Positions 13,491 to 27,200 of a stretch of 61,525 bases of DNA are shown here, one piece after another. Position 1 is the stretch's first letter. Each line of letters opens with the position of its first letter. The notes beneath the pieces were generated by a model. The model saw nothing but the letters and a program-made list of their open reading frames with translations. It made no database searches and was not told the DNA's origin. A program made the position numbers and the translations under genes. The DNA comes from Octopus bimaculoides (lineage: Eukaryota). The stretch covers positions 19,025,670 through 19,087,194 of the forward strand of contig NC_068994.1 in NCBI RefSeq assembly GCF_001194135.2, in the 5' to 3' direction.

Positions 13491-14421
13491 CACCCATTAT
13501 CTGCCATATACATGTACATACATAAATACATATGCATACATGTTTCTCAGGCGAATGAGCATTTTAAAATTTTAAAATGGTGTCTCACACACACAGCAAC
13601 ATACACTTTCTCCTTCCCTCTCTCTCACTCACACCCCTCTCATTCTCTCTTTCAAACAAACACACACTCACTAAAAAGAGATGTGAGAAAAAGTAAATAA
13701 ATAAAATTTACATTACCTCTCTCCCACTCTCTCTCTCTCTCTCACACACACAGCGATACACTCTTTCTCTCTCTTTACAACAACACCTCTCTCTCTCTCT
13801 CTCTCCCTCAGTCAATAACTCACACACTCATTCAAAAAAGATGTGAGGAAAAACAAATAAAATATGTATGCTGTTTTTGCCCTCACACACACACACACAC
13901 GCAGCAACATACATCTCTCTCTTTCTTTCTCCCTCTCTCTCACATACACATATACACAACACACACTTTCTGTCTCGCACCCCTCATCATCACATACACA
14001 CATCCCTGTCAAGTTTCTCTCTTTCACTTTATGCTGACATCCAACGAAATGTACATTTCCAGCCACAGAAATAAATGATGTCTGCAATTTACTGTTTCAG
14101 TTTGTGGATGTTGTAAGATATTTCTCTGAGAATGAGGCGATACACAGACACACACTTTCCAGTGTAAGGGAGACAATCGGTTTCTGACCATTACTTCGTA
14201 AAGAGTTACCTTCCTTGTCCAAAATAGTCACTATCGAAAGTTTTTATGACTTTCTGACCCGAGGTGCCCCATTACTCCATATTACTGCATAAGTGACAAA
14301 GCTAAAGAGTGTAGAACCATCTGTGGAACATAAGTGATATATTTGCCAAGCATGAACGAAATCGGATGAAAAATATTGATTTTATGTGAGCTCAAGCTAA
14401 TGGTTGGTCTCACACACACAC

Positions 14422-14456
<35 letters not shown>

Positions 14457-14573
14457 TANNNNNNNNNNNNNNNNNNNNNNNNNNNNNNNNNNNNNNNNNN
14501 NNNNNNNNNNNNNNNNNNNNNNNNNNNNNNNNNNNNNNNNNNNNNNNNNNNNNNNNNNATATATATGTAAGTA

Positions 14574-16958
14574 CGAGGTAGTATCAAAAGGTTCCCAGGC
14601 TAGTTATGTTTAAGGATCTAACTGGTTTGGCTGCCAGCATTTCAAAACTTAAAATTTATCGAAAATTTTAAAATTTGGTATAATAATATACTTTTCCAAG
14701 CTCAATTGCTGGAGTTATTTCACTTTTTCCAGATAACTGTTTTAAAAAAGTTACAGGGGTTTAAACTTTGATCATTTTCACCCAATCAGAAGACAGGATT
14801 TGGAAGTTGTCATTTTGTGCATAACTATACATTTTGTCATCAACATCCTGAAAGCAGCATGTGTTGTCAATAGTTGTAAACAACACATGTTTTGTAGTTT
14901 GAAGAATTCAATATGCATTTAATGTGATAGTACAAACTTAAAAGATTTATCCAAAAAACGTTATTTAGCTGTTATTTTTAGCACACCTCACAACCACCTC
15001 AATGACAAAAAAAAATGAGTAAACAAGTAGTTTTGAGCATTCAATATGCATTGAATGCAAATGCGATGAACAACACGTTACCTGCAATAAACACATTACA
15101 ATTTTCCTCCACAAATGGTTTCAATACAGTTTTAACAGAAAGGTCTGAAGAATTAGATGAAAGTTCTCTAGTAATTTTCTTTCGTGTAAATAAATGTTTA
15201 TGTTAATTTGAAAATTTGCCAGCAAAATCTTATAAAATGTCAATGTTCTAAAAGATGTACATGTGTATATGTTATATATGGAAATAAAAAAGTGAACAAA
15301 ATATGCTTAAAAAACAAACGTTTTAGTATGCAATAAGCAACACATTACAAAATATTTTTAAAATTAAAAATGTAAGTTAGAAATACATTCAATCAATTTC
15401 TCAAACAAATCACAATTTTTGTATCTCCTGTGCCACATAAATTCACAGAGATATGAATCTACCATAGAATGGTGAGTCCCACAGTGTCCTTTATTACTTC
15501 GCTTCACAGAGGTCCACATACTCTCCACTTGTTGAGTGTGGGTACCATCTTTCAAGTTAACAAATCCAACACTGTGGTTCAACGTTCTATGCTCAAAATT
15601 GTAACCATTAACTTCAGGAATGTGAGAGTACACCCTCCATAAATCATCGGAAATTGTGGTTCCTGGAAGAATTGAGTGATGTATGCATTCTTCCAGTGTG
15701 TCAGGATTTGGATTATACCCTTTTTTTGAAGGTACAACACAATATCCTCTTCTGTTTTCAGTGTTTGCTTCATAGAAGTGGGGTTACAGGAGCTTGCTGC
15801 CATAATCAAACAGTAAAATTTCCAACAGAATACTGTGTCAAATTTGTCAACACGTACTTTCTCACAGTTAAAAGAGTTCTTGGTTCCACTTGTTACTATG
15901 AAAACAGGCATGAATGTGCCTGTGGCTTACAATTGGCTAAAATTACCCAAAATTTTCAAACTTTAATTGCTAATAACTCTTTATTGATTTATGGTGAAAA
16001 TGATTTTCACATCATTCATTAGCCAATAAAAGTGCATCATTATACTGAATATGAAATCAATTCGAACAGAATTGATGCTGGCAGCCAAACCAACTAGATC
16101 CATGCTTAATAAAAAGTAACTTATTTACCTAAGTTTTAACATCATCTCCTTTGAAAATAGTCAATTTGTGCAACAATATACTGGTCCCAGCATTCCTACC
16201 ACTTTTAGAATCCAGTCTGGAAGTCATTTTCTGTAAGTGAATTGAGGACTTTCTGCAATTCACACTGGATCTTGACAACAGTGTTAAAATGGCAACCATT
16301 TGAGCTACATTTTCATCTTGGAGATGAGATGGAAGTCTGCAGGTGCTAAATCTGGTGAAAAGGGTGGGTGTAGAAGCAATACCATATTGTTTTTAGCAAG
16401 AAACTCATGCATGAGGAGAACACAGTGATAGGGTGCATTATCGTCATGAAGAATCTAATTTATCACAAATCCGGTAGCTTTCACCAAATGTGTCCCTAAA
16501 ATACTTCAAAAAGTTGTTGATTTCCTCCAATGATCCTCATGCACAACCTGATGAATTGTCTCCCCATTTCTAGGAGTGATGCTCATGGCAGGCCTTCAAG
16601 ATCACTCATCGTCTTCCAGAGATGTTCTTCTGCTTTTGAAGAGCCAGTGCCACCCAAAATGTTGTGTACAATCATTGCCTCATTGCCAGAGCATGTTCAG
16701 TGTCTCTGTGGCACGCTTCCCAAGATTAACACAAAATTTCATGTTGGCTTTTTATTCTGTCCATGACATAATCGCAGACCACAGCATACACATTATCACA
16801 AAAACACAAATTTCACAAGTTACGAAGTAAACATAGCAATGTCAGCCGGCACACTGCCTCATGAAGGTCACTGTTAGTTCTCACTGTGTACACAACTGTG
16901 TGCTGCCATTTGTTGGAGCATTACAGAACTAGTCTGGGAACTTCTTCATACCACCTCA
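14574..16958 (-). mobile_element. Degenerate, internally deleted mariner hosting a Merlin element
   Basis: TIRs CGAGGTAGTATCAAAAGGTTCCCAGGCTAGTT / AACTAGTCTGGGAACTTCTTCATACCACCTCA with TA flanks. Remnants 'KFCVNLGKRATETLNML', 'HDDNAP', 'HPPFSPDLAPADF'. Confidence 0.85.
14614..16101 (-). mobile_element. Merlin (IS1595/ISXO2-like) DNA transposon, internally deleted
   Basis: ~28-bp TIRs GGATCTA(A/G)(C/T)TGGTTTGGCTGCCAGCAT, 8-bp TSD atgtttaa/atgcttaa, motifs 'ILPGTTISDDLWRVY', 'NHSVGFVNLKDGTHTQQVESMW', 'DSYLCEFMW'. Confidence 0.88.
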
Positions 16959-18101
16959 TATATGTATATCTTCCCATAACTTAGTGGTTCAGCAAAAAGA
17001 GACTGACGGAATAAGTACCAGGTAAAAAAATAAAAAATAAAAAGTACTTGACACCTGAGCTGTCAATAATTAGAGGATGAGGAAGTAAATAAAAATGCCC
17101 AAAATAACAGGAAAATAAGAAACTTATATTTATGACTCCCTGAAATACTCTACCAGATATGAAATTCATGAAGCAAACTTCTTACCACATAGCCAAACCT
17201 GTACCTATAGTTGTTGATATTATCCAACAAGCTGTCCTTACTTCACCATATCAATTACCCATTTGTGCTATGATAATGATTTTAAGTAAATATGACTTAT
17301 GGTTTCAAATAACAGTTAAGTGTAATAGCTATCTTGACATCTCAATCAAACTCAAAAGCCAAGCATTAAAATAAAATAAAAAAGAAGAATGTGGATTTTA
17401 CTACAGATTAACCTTTTTGTTGCTGTGCTTATATTGAAATACATCCTCTTTATTTCAATTAATTTAAAGATTAATCAAGTACATAATAAAATAACTTTGT
17501 TGTTATTAAGCTAATTTTTGGAACATAAATTAACACAAAATTTCAATGGGAAATAGTAAAAGAGCTTTGACAAAAACAAAACAAATAACCTACTGTTTAA
17601 CCAAATTAAACAAACAATCGATTAGTTAGTTGGATATTTAACCGACTAACTAATAATAAAGGAGTGGAATTGGATTATTGCATGTGCTAATAATATTGGC
17701 ATGACTCTTCCTAGACACAACAAAATTAATGGGAAATTTTAAGTTAAATGACTTTAAAATAGAAATACAAATAGAACCAAGGGTCAGCTTGAGTGGGTTG
17801 AATCAAAAGGATTAAAGATATCATGGTATGTAAGATATTTTCATGAATCATGCCTTCAGCTGTCAGTGATCATACAACTTCGCTCCCTTCAGCTCTGCAC
17901 CTTAACTTAGTAGTACATTATTGGGTTGGTCTTCTTATATAACTAGATACTACCAGATATTTTGTTTCATTATCTTTTCCAACTTTTCTCTCTTTTAGAT
18001 AGAGCGACAAGCAGGCATATAATATCTATGCACAAGTATGGTTGTGATTCAATGAAATGAAATTCACTTCCTTTCTTGATTCAGTCCCAATGTATGGTAC
18101 C

Positions 18102-18400
18102 TTAAGCTAGCGCCTTCATTACTGACTCAGCTAAATTTAGAGACACACTCGAATTTAGCAATGGTGGGTGCAGTGGTTTGTTTACATTATTTTTAACGCC
18201 ACTTCTGGCAGATTTTGGCCCATTTTCAGTGTTTTGGGAAGATCGAGGACCAGTTGATTTGCTTTTTACAAAAGATGCGTGTCGTCGGAGCTGTTTTGCC
18301 ATGAAAGTATTTAAGTTGGGATGAGCTTCCTCCCAGTATTGTTTTAACCACTTCATATATCCGACTGAAGGTTTTTTTCATAGCATCAAAGTAAATCTTG
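18102..18400 (-). mobile_element. N-terminal fragment of an R4/Dong-like non-LTR element
   Basis: 'MKWLKQYWEEAHPNLNTFMAKQLRRHASFV' resembles the N-terminal motif of R4/Dong ORFs (from memory). Confidence 0.5.
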
Positions 18401-19329
18401 GCTTAGTTGTTGAGTCCAAGTAAAATGAGAAGAATACTCACATCTTCTTAAATAGCTTACTGGTGAAGTAGTATGTATGTGTGTATGTTTACGAAAAAAA
18501 AGACAAAAAAAAAAAGAAAAACATTCGAAAGCCCAATAGCTTTACATTCTTTTATAATCTAAATTTATAAATTTGTATTTTCACTCATATTTTTTAAGTT
18601 ATTACAAAATTTTCAGCAGGAGAACAGCACCTTTCAGGTAGGTTACAGGAAGAAAGAACATTGTAAAATTTAAAAAATAAAGCTACTAATATTTATACAT
18701 ATTTTATAAATAATATGAATTAATATCTCATTTGCTAGTACAATGTCTTCAATATGGGAATTACATTCTACTTGTAAATTAAACATCCATAATAATTTCC
18801 ATTATTAATTGTAAAAAAATATATTCTCAGTCTTTATATATGCAAAATAGAGCCCCTTTAGGGAGCTGTTTACAGATATAGCTCACAAAAAACAACATAT
18901 AAAGTATTTTTTTTTTCATAATCATCAACCGTACATTTGTAACAAAGAAGTCAATTTCTGCATTTTTGTAAATACTTGTCTTACTATGCTAAAACAAAAA
19001 TTAAATTTTTGGTATTGAACATTGAGACTATAAAGTATTTCACTTGACTTGCTAGAAACAGCAACCGAATCTCACTCAAATTGCACCTTATCATCTCAAA
19101 TGAGGAAGGACACGTTGGACAATATTGTCTGCTGGTAGTGAAGATGGATGGAAACACTTTTGATCAAAGTCTGCTTATTTAGAGTCCACCTAGAGTTAAA
19201 TAGCAACAAGGTTGCCGGCTTAATTGACACAAAATATAATGAAGAGATGTAGTTATTCGAGTAGATTCCTCAATATATAACTGATGATTCTTTGATTAAA
19301 ATCTTGCAGAATTTGGACTTAATAATAAT

Positions 19330-19770
19330 AGTCCTTTCTACTATAGACACAAAGCCTGAAATTTTGGGGGAGGAGACTAGTCAATTACATTGACCCCAGT
19401 GTTCAACTCGTACTTATTTTATCAATCCCAAAAGGATGAAAGGCAAAGTCAACCCCAGCAGCATTTGAATTCAGAACATAAAGTCGGACGAAATACTGCT
19501 AAGTATTTTGCTCAGTGTGCTAACAATTCTTCCAGCTCACTACCTTGATAATAATAATAATCTTTTCTACTAAAGGTACAAGGCCTGAAATTTGTGGTGA
19601 GTGGGTTTGTCGATCACATCGACCCCAGTACTTGACTGGTATTTATTGATCCCGAAAGGATGAAAGGCAAAGTCAACCTCGGCAGAATTTGAACACAGAA
19701 CATAAAGACAGACAAAATGCTGCTAAGCATTTAGCCCAGCATGCTAACAATTCAGCCAGCTTGCTGCCTT
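19330..19770 (-). mobile_element. Two tandem family-B SINEs
   Basis: Two copies of 'aaaggatgaaaggcaaagtcaacc...gaatttgaa...tgctaac' separated by (AAT)n. Confidence 0.8.
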
Positions 19771-20788
19771 AGGAATAATAATGATGACGATGATGATGAT
19801 GATGATGATAACAACAACAATAACAATAATGATGATGGACTCTCTCATCGAAGACGATGTATGAATGTTCAGCTTTTGCCGAACGACCTGTACAAATGAT
19901 TTGTATATAGTGATGAAACGTTTGTACCACACATTAGCTTGCTCTCTCCATCAAATTGACATTGTCTGAGCAGGTGCACAATGTAGCATGCGTCAGGTGT
20001 TGAAGTAATCGCAGAGCAATGTGAGATGAAGTGTCTTGCTCAAGAGCACAATGCACCAACCGGTCTAAGAATTGAAACCATGATCTTGCAATCATGAGTG
20101 CTTCACCCTAACCACTAGGCCATGTGTCCTAATAATGATAGTTTCTGATTTAGATAAAAGACCAGAATTTTCAATTTTGTTTTTTCTTTTTATCAATTCT
20201 GGAAGGATGAAAGACAAAGTTGACCTTAGTGGAATTTGAACCCCAGAAGTAGAGAATTGGAAAAAATACTGTAAAGCATTTTGTTTGACATTCTAACGAT
20301 TTTTCTAATGCACTCAAATGGTTTCTTATATATACATTCAAGGTGAAAAACTTGGGAGAAAGGAGCAGTCAATCATATCAACCCCAGTATGTGACTGGTA
20401 TTATTATTTTCTATTTGGGACAGATCAAAAGCAAAGGACATAAAACTGAGAGAAATCGTGTAAGGCATTTTTCAACCAGTAATAATTTCAAATTTAGGTA
20501 CATAGACTGATATTTAGAGGATGGGGTTAGCCAAATATATCGACCCTAGCACTAGACTAGAACTTTATTTTACTAACCCTAGAAGGATTGAGAGCAAAGT
20601 TGACCTTAGTAGGATTTGAGTTGAGAATGTAAAGAACCAGAATTAAATCCCACAAGGCAATTTTATCCAATCTCTAAGGATTCTATTAGTGCACTACCCT
20701 TCATAGTTTCTAACTTAGGTACAAAGTCAAAAATTTAGGGAAGGGATCTATCAAAAAAATGAATCTCCAGTACTTGACTCATACTTTA

Positions 20789-21006
20789 TTAACCCTTTAG
20801 CATTTAAATCAGCCGAAATATTCTACCTATTTTATGTTCAAACTGGCAAGATTCAGCCTCTCACACCTATTCTACAATGTAATTCTAAAGATAAACATTC
20901 ACATCATTAAAATCTTGAAGCTACAAGATAATGCATGGTTAATTCAAAACAATGTGAATAAATATGCATTACATTTGTCAAAACAATTTCAATGCTAAGG
21001 GGTTAA
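20789..21006. mobile_element. piggyBac-type MITE, copy 2
   Basis: TTAA-CCCTTTAGCATT ... AATGCTAAGGGG-TTAA. Confidence 0.8.
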
Positions 21007-21369
21007 ACCTAATATTTCAACTGGGACTTTATCTTATTGACACCCAGAACTTGATCGGAGCTTTATTTCATTGACCTCAGAAGGATGAATTACTAATATA
21101 TTTCTAGAAAACTGCTGCTGTTGTTACAACAAATATGTGGGTGTCAAATATGTGGATGGTAGAAGGTCAAAACAAAACGACAGCACTAGTGAACAAACAC
21201 TATTGCTACTAATCCTTCAATATGTCATCGATACTTATATTTCAAAAAGCCAGTTATGTTATTATATCATCCTAGATCTGCTCTAATTTAGTCGACCTTT
21301 GATCATGTGCATTCCAGCTGTGACCATCCCATTTCATTTTCTGTCATGTCATTTTAAAAAAAAAATCAT

Positions 21370-21601
21370 TTTACTTGTTTCAGTCATTTGACTGTGGCCA
21401 TGCTAGGGCACTACCGTGAAGGATTTTAGTTGAACGAATTGACCCCAGGATTTTTTTTTTAAAGCCTAGTACTTATTCTATTGGTCTCTTTTGCCGAACC
21501 ACTAAGTTACAGCAGCATAAACAAACCAACACTGGTTGTCAGGCAGTGGTGGGAGACAAACACAAAGACACACACATACACGCCTATACATACATACAAA
21601 C

Positions 21602-21670
<69 letters not shown>

Positions 21671-21694
21671 TATATACATACATATATATCTGTA

Positions 21695-21726
<32 letters not shown>

Positions 21727-21766
21727 CACATACACATATAAATACATACATATATATATATGTGTG

Positions 21767-21797
<31 letters not shown>

Positions 21798-22075
21798 GAA
21801 TTTGTATGTCTGTGTTTGTCCCTCCACCATCGCTTGACAACTGCTGTTGGTATGTTTATGTCCCTGGAACTTAGCAGTTTGGCAAAAAAGACTGATAGAA
21901 TAAGTACTAAGCTTACAAAGAATAAGTCCTGGGGTCAATTTGTTCGACTAAAGGCGGTGCTCCAGCATGGCCACAGTCAAATANNNNNNNNNNCTGGGGT
22001 CAATTTGTTCGACTAAAGGCGGTGCTCCAGCATGGCCACAGTCAAATAACTGAAACAAGTAAAAGAATAAAAGAA
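21370..22075. mobile_element. Two family-A SINE halves in inverted orientation around a ~230-bp (TA/CA)n tract
   Basis: Minus-strand tail at 21370-21560 and plus-strand tail at 21800-22075. Confidence 0.7.
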
Positions 22076-22076
22076 T

Positions 22077-22108
<32 letters not shown>

Positions 22109-22178
22109 TTGTATGTATATATACTACACACATATATATTGTACATATAAATATATATATATATATATATACATAAAT

Positions 22179-22209
<31 letters not shown>

Positions 22210-22254
22210 GGGTGACTTGTTAGCAATTTTTCAACCCAAAGGCAAAAATATATG

Positions 22255-22413
22255 TCACTGTCTTATTTACTGAAAAGTGAGGCAAGCTCACTAAACACCA
22301 GGCATAGCTGGATCACAAGTGATTTTGCATTAATGTAAACATGAAATCACTAGTGATCTGGCTATGCCCGGTGCTTGGGAGCTTGTCTCCCTTGTCAGTA
22401 AATAAGACGGTGA
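22255..22413. repeat. ~160-bp imperfect inverted repeat (hairpin)
   Basis: Left arm tcactgtcttatttactg...gatcacaagtgattttgcat pairs with right arm atgaaatcactagtgatc...cagtaaataagacggtga. Confidence 0.9.
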
Positions 22414-22506
22414 GTTACTGTGTTATTGTGGCTATGAATTGTTTTGACTCTTATTTCCAGCAGCAATAGTGGTGCTGAATAGTGCCCTCAGTCGCTTTAG
22501 TGATGT

Positions 22507-22560
<54 letters not shown>

Positions 22561-23487
22561 GCAACAGTTTTCTTTCAGTTTCTGTCTACCAAAACCACTC
22601 ACAAGGCTTTGGTCAGCCGGAGGCTATAGTAGAAGACACTTAGCCAAGATGCCACACAGTGGGACTGAACCTAGAACTATGGGGGTGGGAAGCAAGCTTC
22701 TTACCTCACAACCAGACCTGTGCCATAATACATCTAAAATGTTCTGCAATGTTTAAAAAAAATAGTAGGGTGTGATTTGAAGAAGATTTGGCTGCTATTT
22801 CCAGCAAGTTAAGCAAGTGGTCAGCACCTCACTTCTTTGCCATGAGGTTAAATGGCAACATTTCTAAAAAAAGCAATACTTTTACAAAGTATTTCATTTA
22901 GGAAATAGAGTTACACCATGGCAACACATCAGACTTAAATGCATTTAGTTTATTCTCCTAACATCATCATCATCATCATCATCGTTTAACGTCCGCTTTC
23001 CATGGGTTGGATGATTTGACTGAGGACTGGCAAGCCAGAAGGCTGCACCAGGCCCCAATCTGATCTGGCAGATTTTCTACAGCTGGATGCCCTTCCTAAC
23101 ATCAACCACTCCAAGAGTGTAGTGGGTGCTTTTACGTGCCACTGGCACGAGGGCCAGTTACACGGTACTGGCAATGGCCTCGCTCAAAAGGTGTTTCTTA
23201 CGTGCCACCTGCACGGGAGCCAGTCCAGCGGCACTGGCAACGACCTCACTTGAATGATTTTCTAACGTGCCACCAGCACAAGTGCTAGAAGGTGACGCTG
23301 GTAATGATTACACTCATATCTAAATCCTAATATAATTAAGTTTTATTTTCTAATCTTCCAAGGTCACTAAAAACAAATAAAATAAATACATGTAACATCC
23401 TGAACTGATTTAATTGGTTTTACCTCTCTTCTTCACAGTTATTTAACTTACAAGAAGCAGAGACCAAATTCTCTTAAACCATACCCT

Positions 23488-23888
23488 AGGCGCAGGAGTG
23501 GCTGTGTGGTAAGTAGCCCGCTTACCAACTACATGGTTCCATGTTCAATCCCACTGCATGGTACCTTGGGCAAGTGTCTTCTACTATAGCCTCGGATCAC
23601 CCAAAGCCTTGTGAGCAAATTTGGTAGATGGAAACTGAAAGAAGCCCATCATATATGTGTGTGTGTGTGTGTGTGTGTATGTTTGCATGTCTGTGTTTGT
23701 CTCTCCACCATTGCTTGACAATTGATGTTGGTGTGTTTACATCCCTGTAATTTAGCGGTTCGGCAAAAGAGACTGATAGAATAAGTACTAGGCTTACAAA
23801 GAATAAGTCCTGAGGTCGATATGTTCGACTAAAGGTGGTGCTCCAGCATGGCCGAAGTCAAATAATTGAAACAAATAAAAGAGTGAAA
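23488..23888 (+). mobile_element. Full-length family-A SINE
   Basis: aggcgcaggagtggctgtgtggtaag head, CORE-like motif, central (TG)n, tail ...gtcaaataattgaaacaaataaaagag. Confidence 0.85.
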
Positions 23889-24059
23889 ATGTATTGGTTA
23901 CAGAAAAGAAAAGAGAGAGCACAATGTTGCCCTAGATATACAACAAGATATGATGGATGGTCACACTTGGAATGCCTTTGTTCATAGGTCTACTTGATCA
24001 GGCCTAACAACGTTTCCAACTGTGCCCTAATGTAAGAAATCATTATTTTAATTAGAGCA

Positions 24060-26579
24060 GGGAAAACAGCAAGTTGGCAGAATTGTTAGCATGCCAGGCA
24101 AAATGTTTACTGACATTTCTTCCAGCTCCAGCTCTTTACGTTCTGAGTTCAAATTCCGCTGAGGTTGACTTTACCTTTCATCCTTTTGGGGTTGATTAAA
24201 TAAGTACCAATCAAGCACTGAGGTTGGTGTAAGCGACTAGCCCCTCCTCCATTGAGATTTCAGGCCTTGTGCCTATAGCAAAAGTACGTAAAACAGTAAG
24301 CTGGCATTCGTTGGCATGCTGAGAAAAATGCTTAGCAGCATTTCATCTGTTTTTATGTTCTTAGTTCAAATTCTGCCAAGGTTGCATTTGTCCTTCATCC
24401 TTTTGTGGTTGATAAAATAAGTACCAGTTGAGCACTGGTGTTGATGTAATCAGCTTACCCCATCCCGAAATTACTGGCCTTGTGCCAAAAATTGAAACCG
24501 TTATCATTATTAGAGTAGGGAAGACAGTGAGTTGGCAGAATTCCTAGCATGCTGAGCAAAATGCTTATTGACATTTCATCTTTCTGGGCTTGTATACTCA
24601 ATTGTTTTGATCCCAACAAATTTCTGACCTTGTGCTTGTGTCAGATATTATTATCATCATCATTATAATTATTAAGGCGGTGAGCTAGCAGAATCATTAG
24701 CATACAGGGCAAAATGCTTAGTAGCATTTTTTTCTGTCTTTATGTTCTGAGTCAAAATTCCACTGAGGTTGACTTTGCCTTTCATCTTTATGGGGTTGAT
24801 AAAACATGGACTAGTTAAGCACTGGGATAAATGTAATCAATTTATCCCCTTCTCCGAACTTGCTAGCCTTGTGCAAAAATCTGAAATTATTATTATTATT
24901 ATTATTATTATTATTGAACATGGTGAGCAGGCAGAATNNNNNNNNNNNNNNNNNNNNNNNNNNNNNNNNNNNNNNNNNNNNNNNNNNNNNNNNNNNNNNN
25001 NNNNNNNNNNNNNNNNNNNNNNNNNNAATTATTATTATTATTATTATTATTATTATTGAACATGGTGAGCAGGCAGAATTGTATGTGTGCCAGACAAAAT
25101 GCTTAGCAGCATTTCTTTCAGCTTTACATTCCACCAAGGTCACTCTTTCAGAGTTGATAAAATAAATACCTGTTGAGTACTGGGGCTAATGTACTTGGCT
25201 ACCCACCTGCTCCCAATTTTCAGACTTTATGCCTATAGTAGAAAGGATTATCATTATCATTAACTAAAGTGTAATGACAGATATGGTCAGATGCCTTACC
25301 AGAGACCCAAGTTCATTGGTAAAGTATTTTACTACATTTGCTAGTGAAAGTCAATTTCACTACACTTAAAATGTGTTCCAAGAATACTCATAAGGGCCCT
25401 CTCCCTCATGAATGAATGATAAATCACTCTACATTATCATCTGCCATGTTGACGATCCCTCAGCCCCTGAGTCCTTCCCTGAATGTTGTACTAACATTGA
25501 AACCCAGCACCCTAACACTTACTAAAATCTGCCTTGTGAACATCAACAATAACTGAGCTGAGTTTAAGGCAGTGAGCTGGCAGAGTTGTTAGCATGCCAG
25601 GCAAAATGCTTAGCAGCAATTTGTCTGCCTTTAATGTTCTGAGTTCAAATTCTGCTGAGGTTGACTTTGCTTTCCTTCCTTTCGGGATCAATAAAAGAAG
25701 TATCAGTTGAACACGGGTCAATGTAAGCGACTTACCTTCATTCCAAACCTGTTGCACTTGTACCAAAAATTTGAAACTAATAATTGAGCTGAGAGCCTAT
25801 GGGCAACAGGATGAACTCTAGTTATGTTAACTGGTTTATAGGCTACTTTGAGGTTCATATTTTCAAGGCATTTGGGTAGTAAGTACAAGACTCCCCACTG
25901 AATAGGATACCAATTAGTTTCAGGATTAATCCTCATGGTGACACTGGTGTTCATTTTCAATTTAGTACATTGAAATAATGTGAAAACAAATGCCTTGCTC
26001 AAGGACAGTGGTGACATTTGATCTGAGATTCAAACCCACAGCCTAAAAACTGAGAGCCCAACACCCTTGCCACTAGACCATGCACTTTCGCAACTATCAT
26101 GTAAGGTTCATTTAAAAGTTGTGTCTGTCTGGAAAAGCTATTGAAAATTTTTTTTTTTTCCTATTTAGCTTCTCTTGTAGATTGCACCNNNNNNNNNNNN
26201 NNNNNNNNNNNNNNNNNNNNNNNNNNNNNNNNNNNNNNNNNNNNNNNNNNNNNNNNNNNNNNNNNNNNNNNNNNNNNNNNNNNNNNNNNNNNNNNNNNNN
26301 NNNNNNNNNNNNNNNNNNNNNNNNNNNNNNNNNNNNAACAAACATAGAAACAGATACACTACATGTAAAGAAATGGAATCAAAGAGGATAAACCAATCAT
26401 TTCAAATGTATTACTTCATTGAAAGAATATTATCAGGAGGGTTGCTTTGAAGAGCAATCACAGAGTGGTTAAGAAATCTGCTTCACAAATATGTGGTTTC
26501 AGGTTCAACTCCTTAGTATGGCACCTTGAACAAGAGTCTCCTACTATAATCTCAGGCTGATCATTGCTGTGTAAGTGAA

Positions 26580-26633
<54 letters not shown>

Positions 26634-26840
26634 GGTGGCAAGCTGGCAGGATTGTTAGCATGCCAGGCAAACTGCTTAGTGGCATTTTGTCTGTCTTTAT
26701 GTTCTGAGTTCAAATCCTGCCAAGATCAACTTTGCCTTTCATCCTTTTAGGGTCAGTAAAATAAGTACCAGACAAGCACAAGGGTCGATGTAATTGACTT
26801 ATCCTCATCCCCAAAATTGCTGGCCTTGTGCCAAAATTTG

Positions 26841-26877
<37 letters not shown>

Positions 26878-27200
26878 TATTATTAAGGCTGGCAGAAACA
26901 TTAGGTTGGATGAAATGTTTAGCAGCATTTCATCCACCTTAATGTTGTGAGTTCAAATTCCGCTGAGGTCAACTTTATTTTTCATCCTTTCAGGGTTCAT
27001 AAAATAGAAACCTTTTGAGTTCTGGGGGCAATATAATCAATTAGACCACTCCCACAAACTTTCAGGCCTTCTACAAAGGATTACTATTTTTTTGTTTTGT
27101 TTCAAGTTTTTGCACAAGGCCACCAAATTTAGATGGAGGGACTCTGTCAATTTCATCCACCTCAGTGTGTAACTGATACTTATTTTATCAATCTCAAATA
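24060..27200 (+). repeat. Dense array of at least 8 mostly plus-strand family-B SINEs separated by (ATT)n/(ATC)n
   Basis: Heads (aaggc/aagac/aaggt)(g/a)gtgagctg-like near 24060, 24295, 24520, 24675, 25070, 25566, 26633 and 26884. Confidence 0.8.

Noticed and set aside
18617-18637. Possible 21-nt plus-strand micro-exon (ttttcAG...CAG|GTAGGT)
   Set aside because: No partner exons on the plus strand; such motifs arise by chance in 60 kb.
21934-22050. Exact ~50-bp duplication around a 10-N gap; similar case at 24877-25077
   Set aside because: Assembly overlap artefact.
21481-22226. Many overlapping ORFs rich in YI/HT/CV repeats, and X-filled ORFs at 41594-42676, 54598-55445 and 59481-60444
   Set aside because: Translations of microsatellites and N gaps.
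25300-25340. Possible 41-nt minus-strand exon (ctAG...CTG|GTAAGG, phase 1-0) continuing the catenin-like gene
   Set aside because: The peptide NVVKYFTNELGSL shows no family similarity, the region is repeat debris, and no following exon was found.
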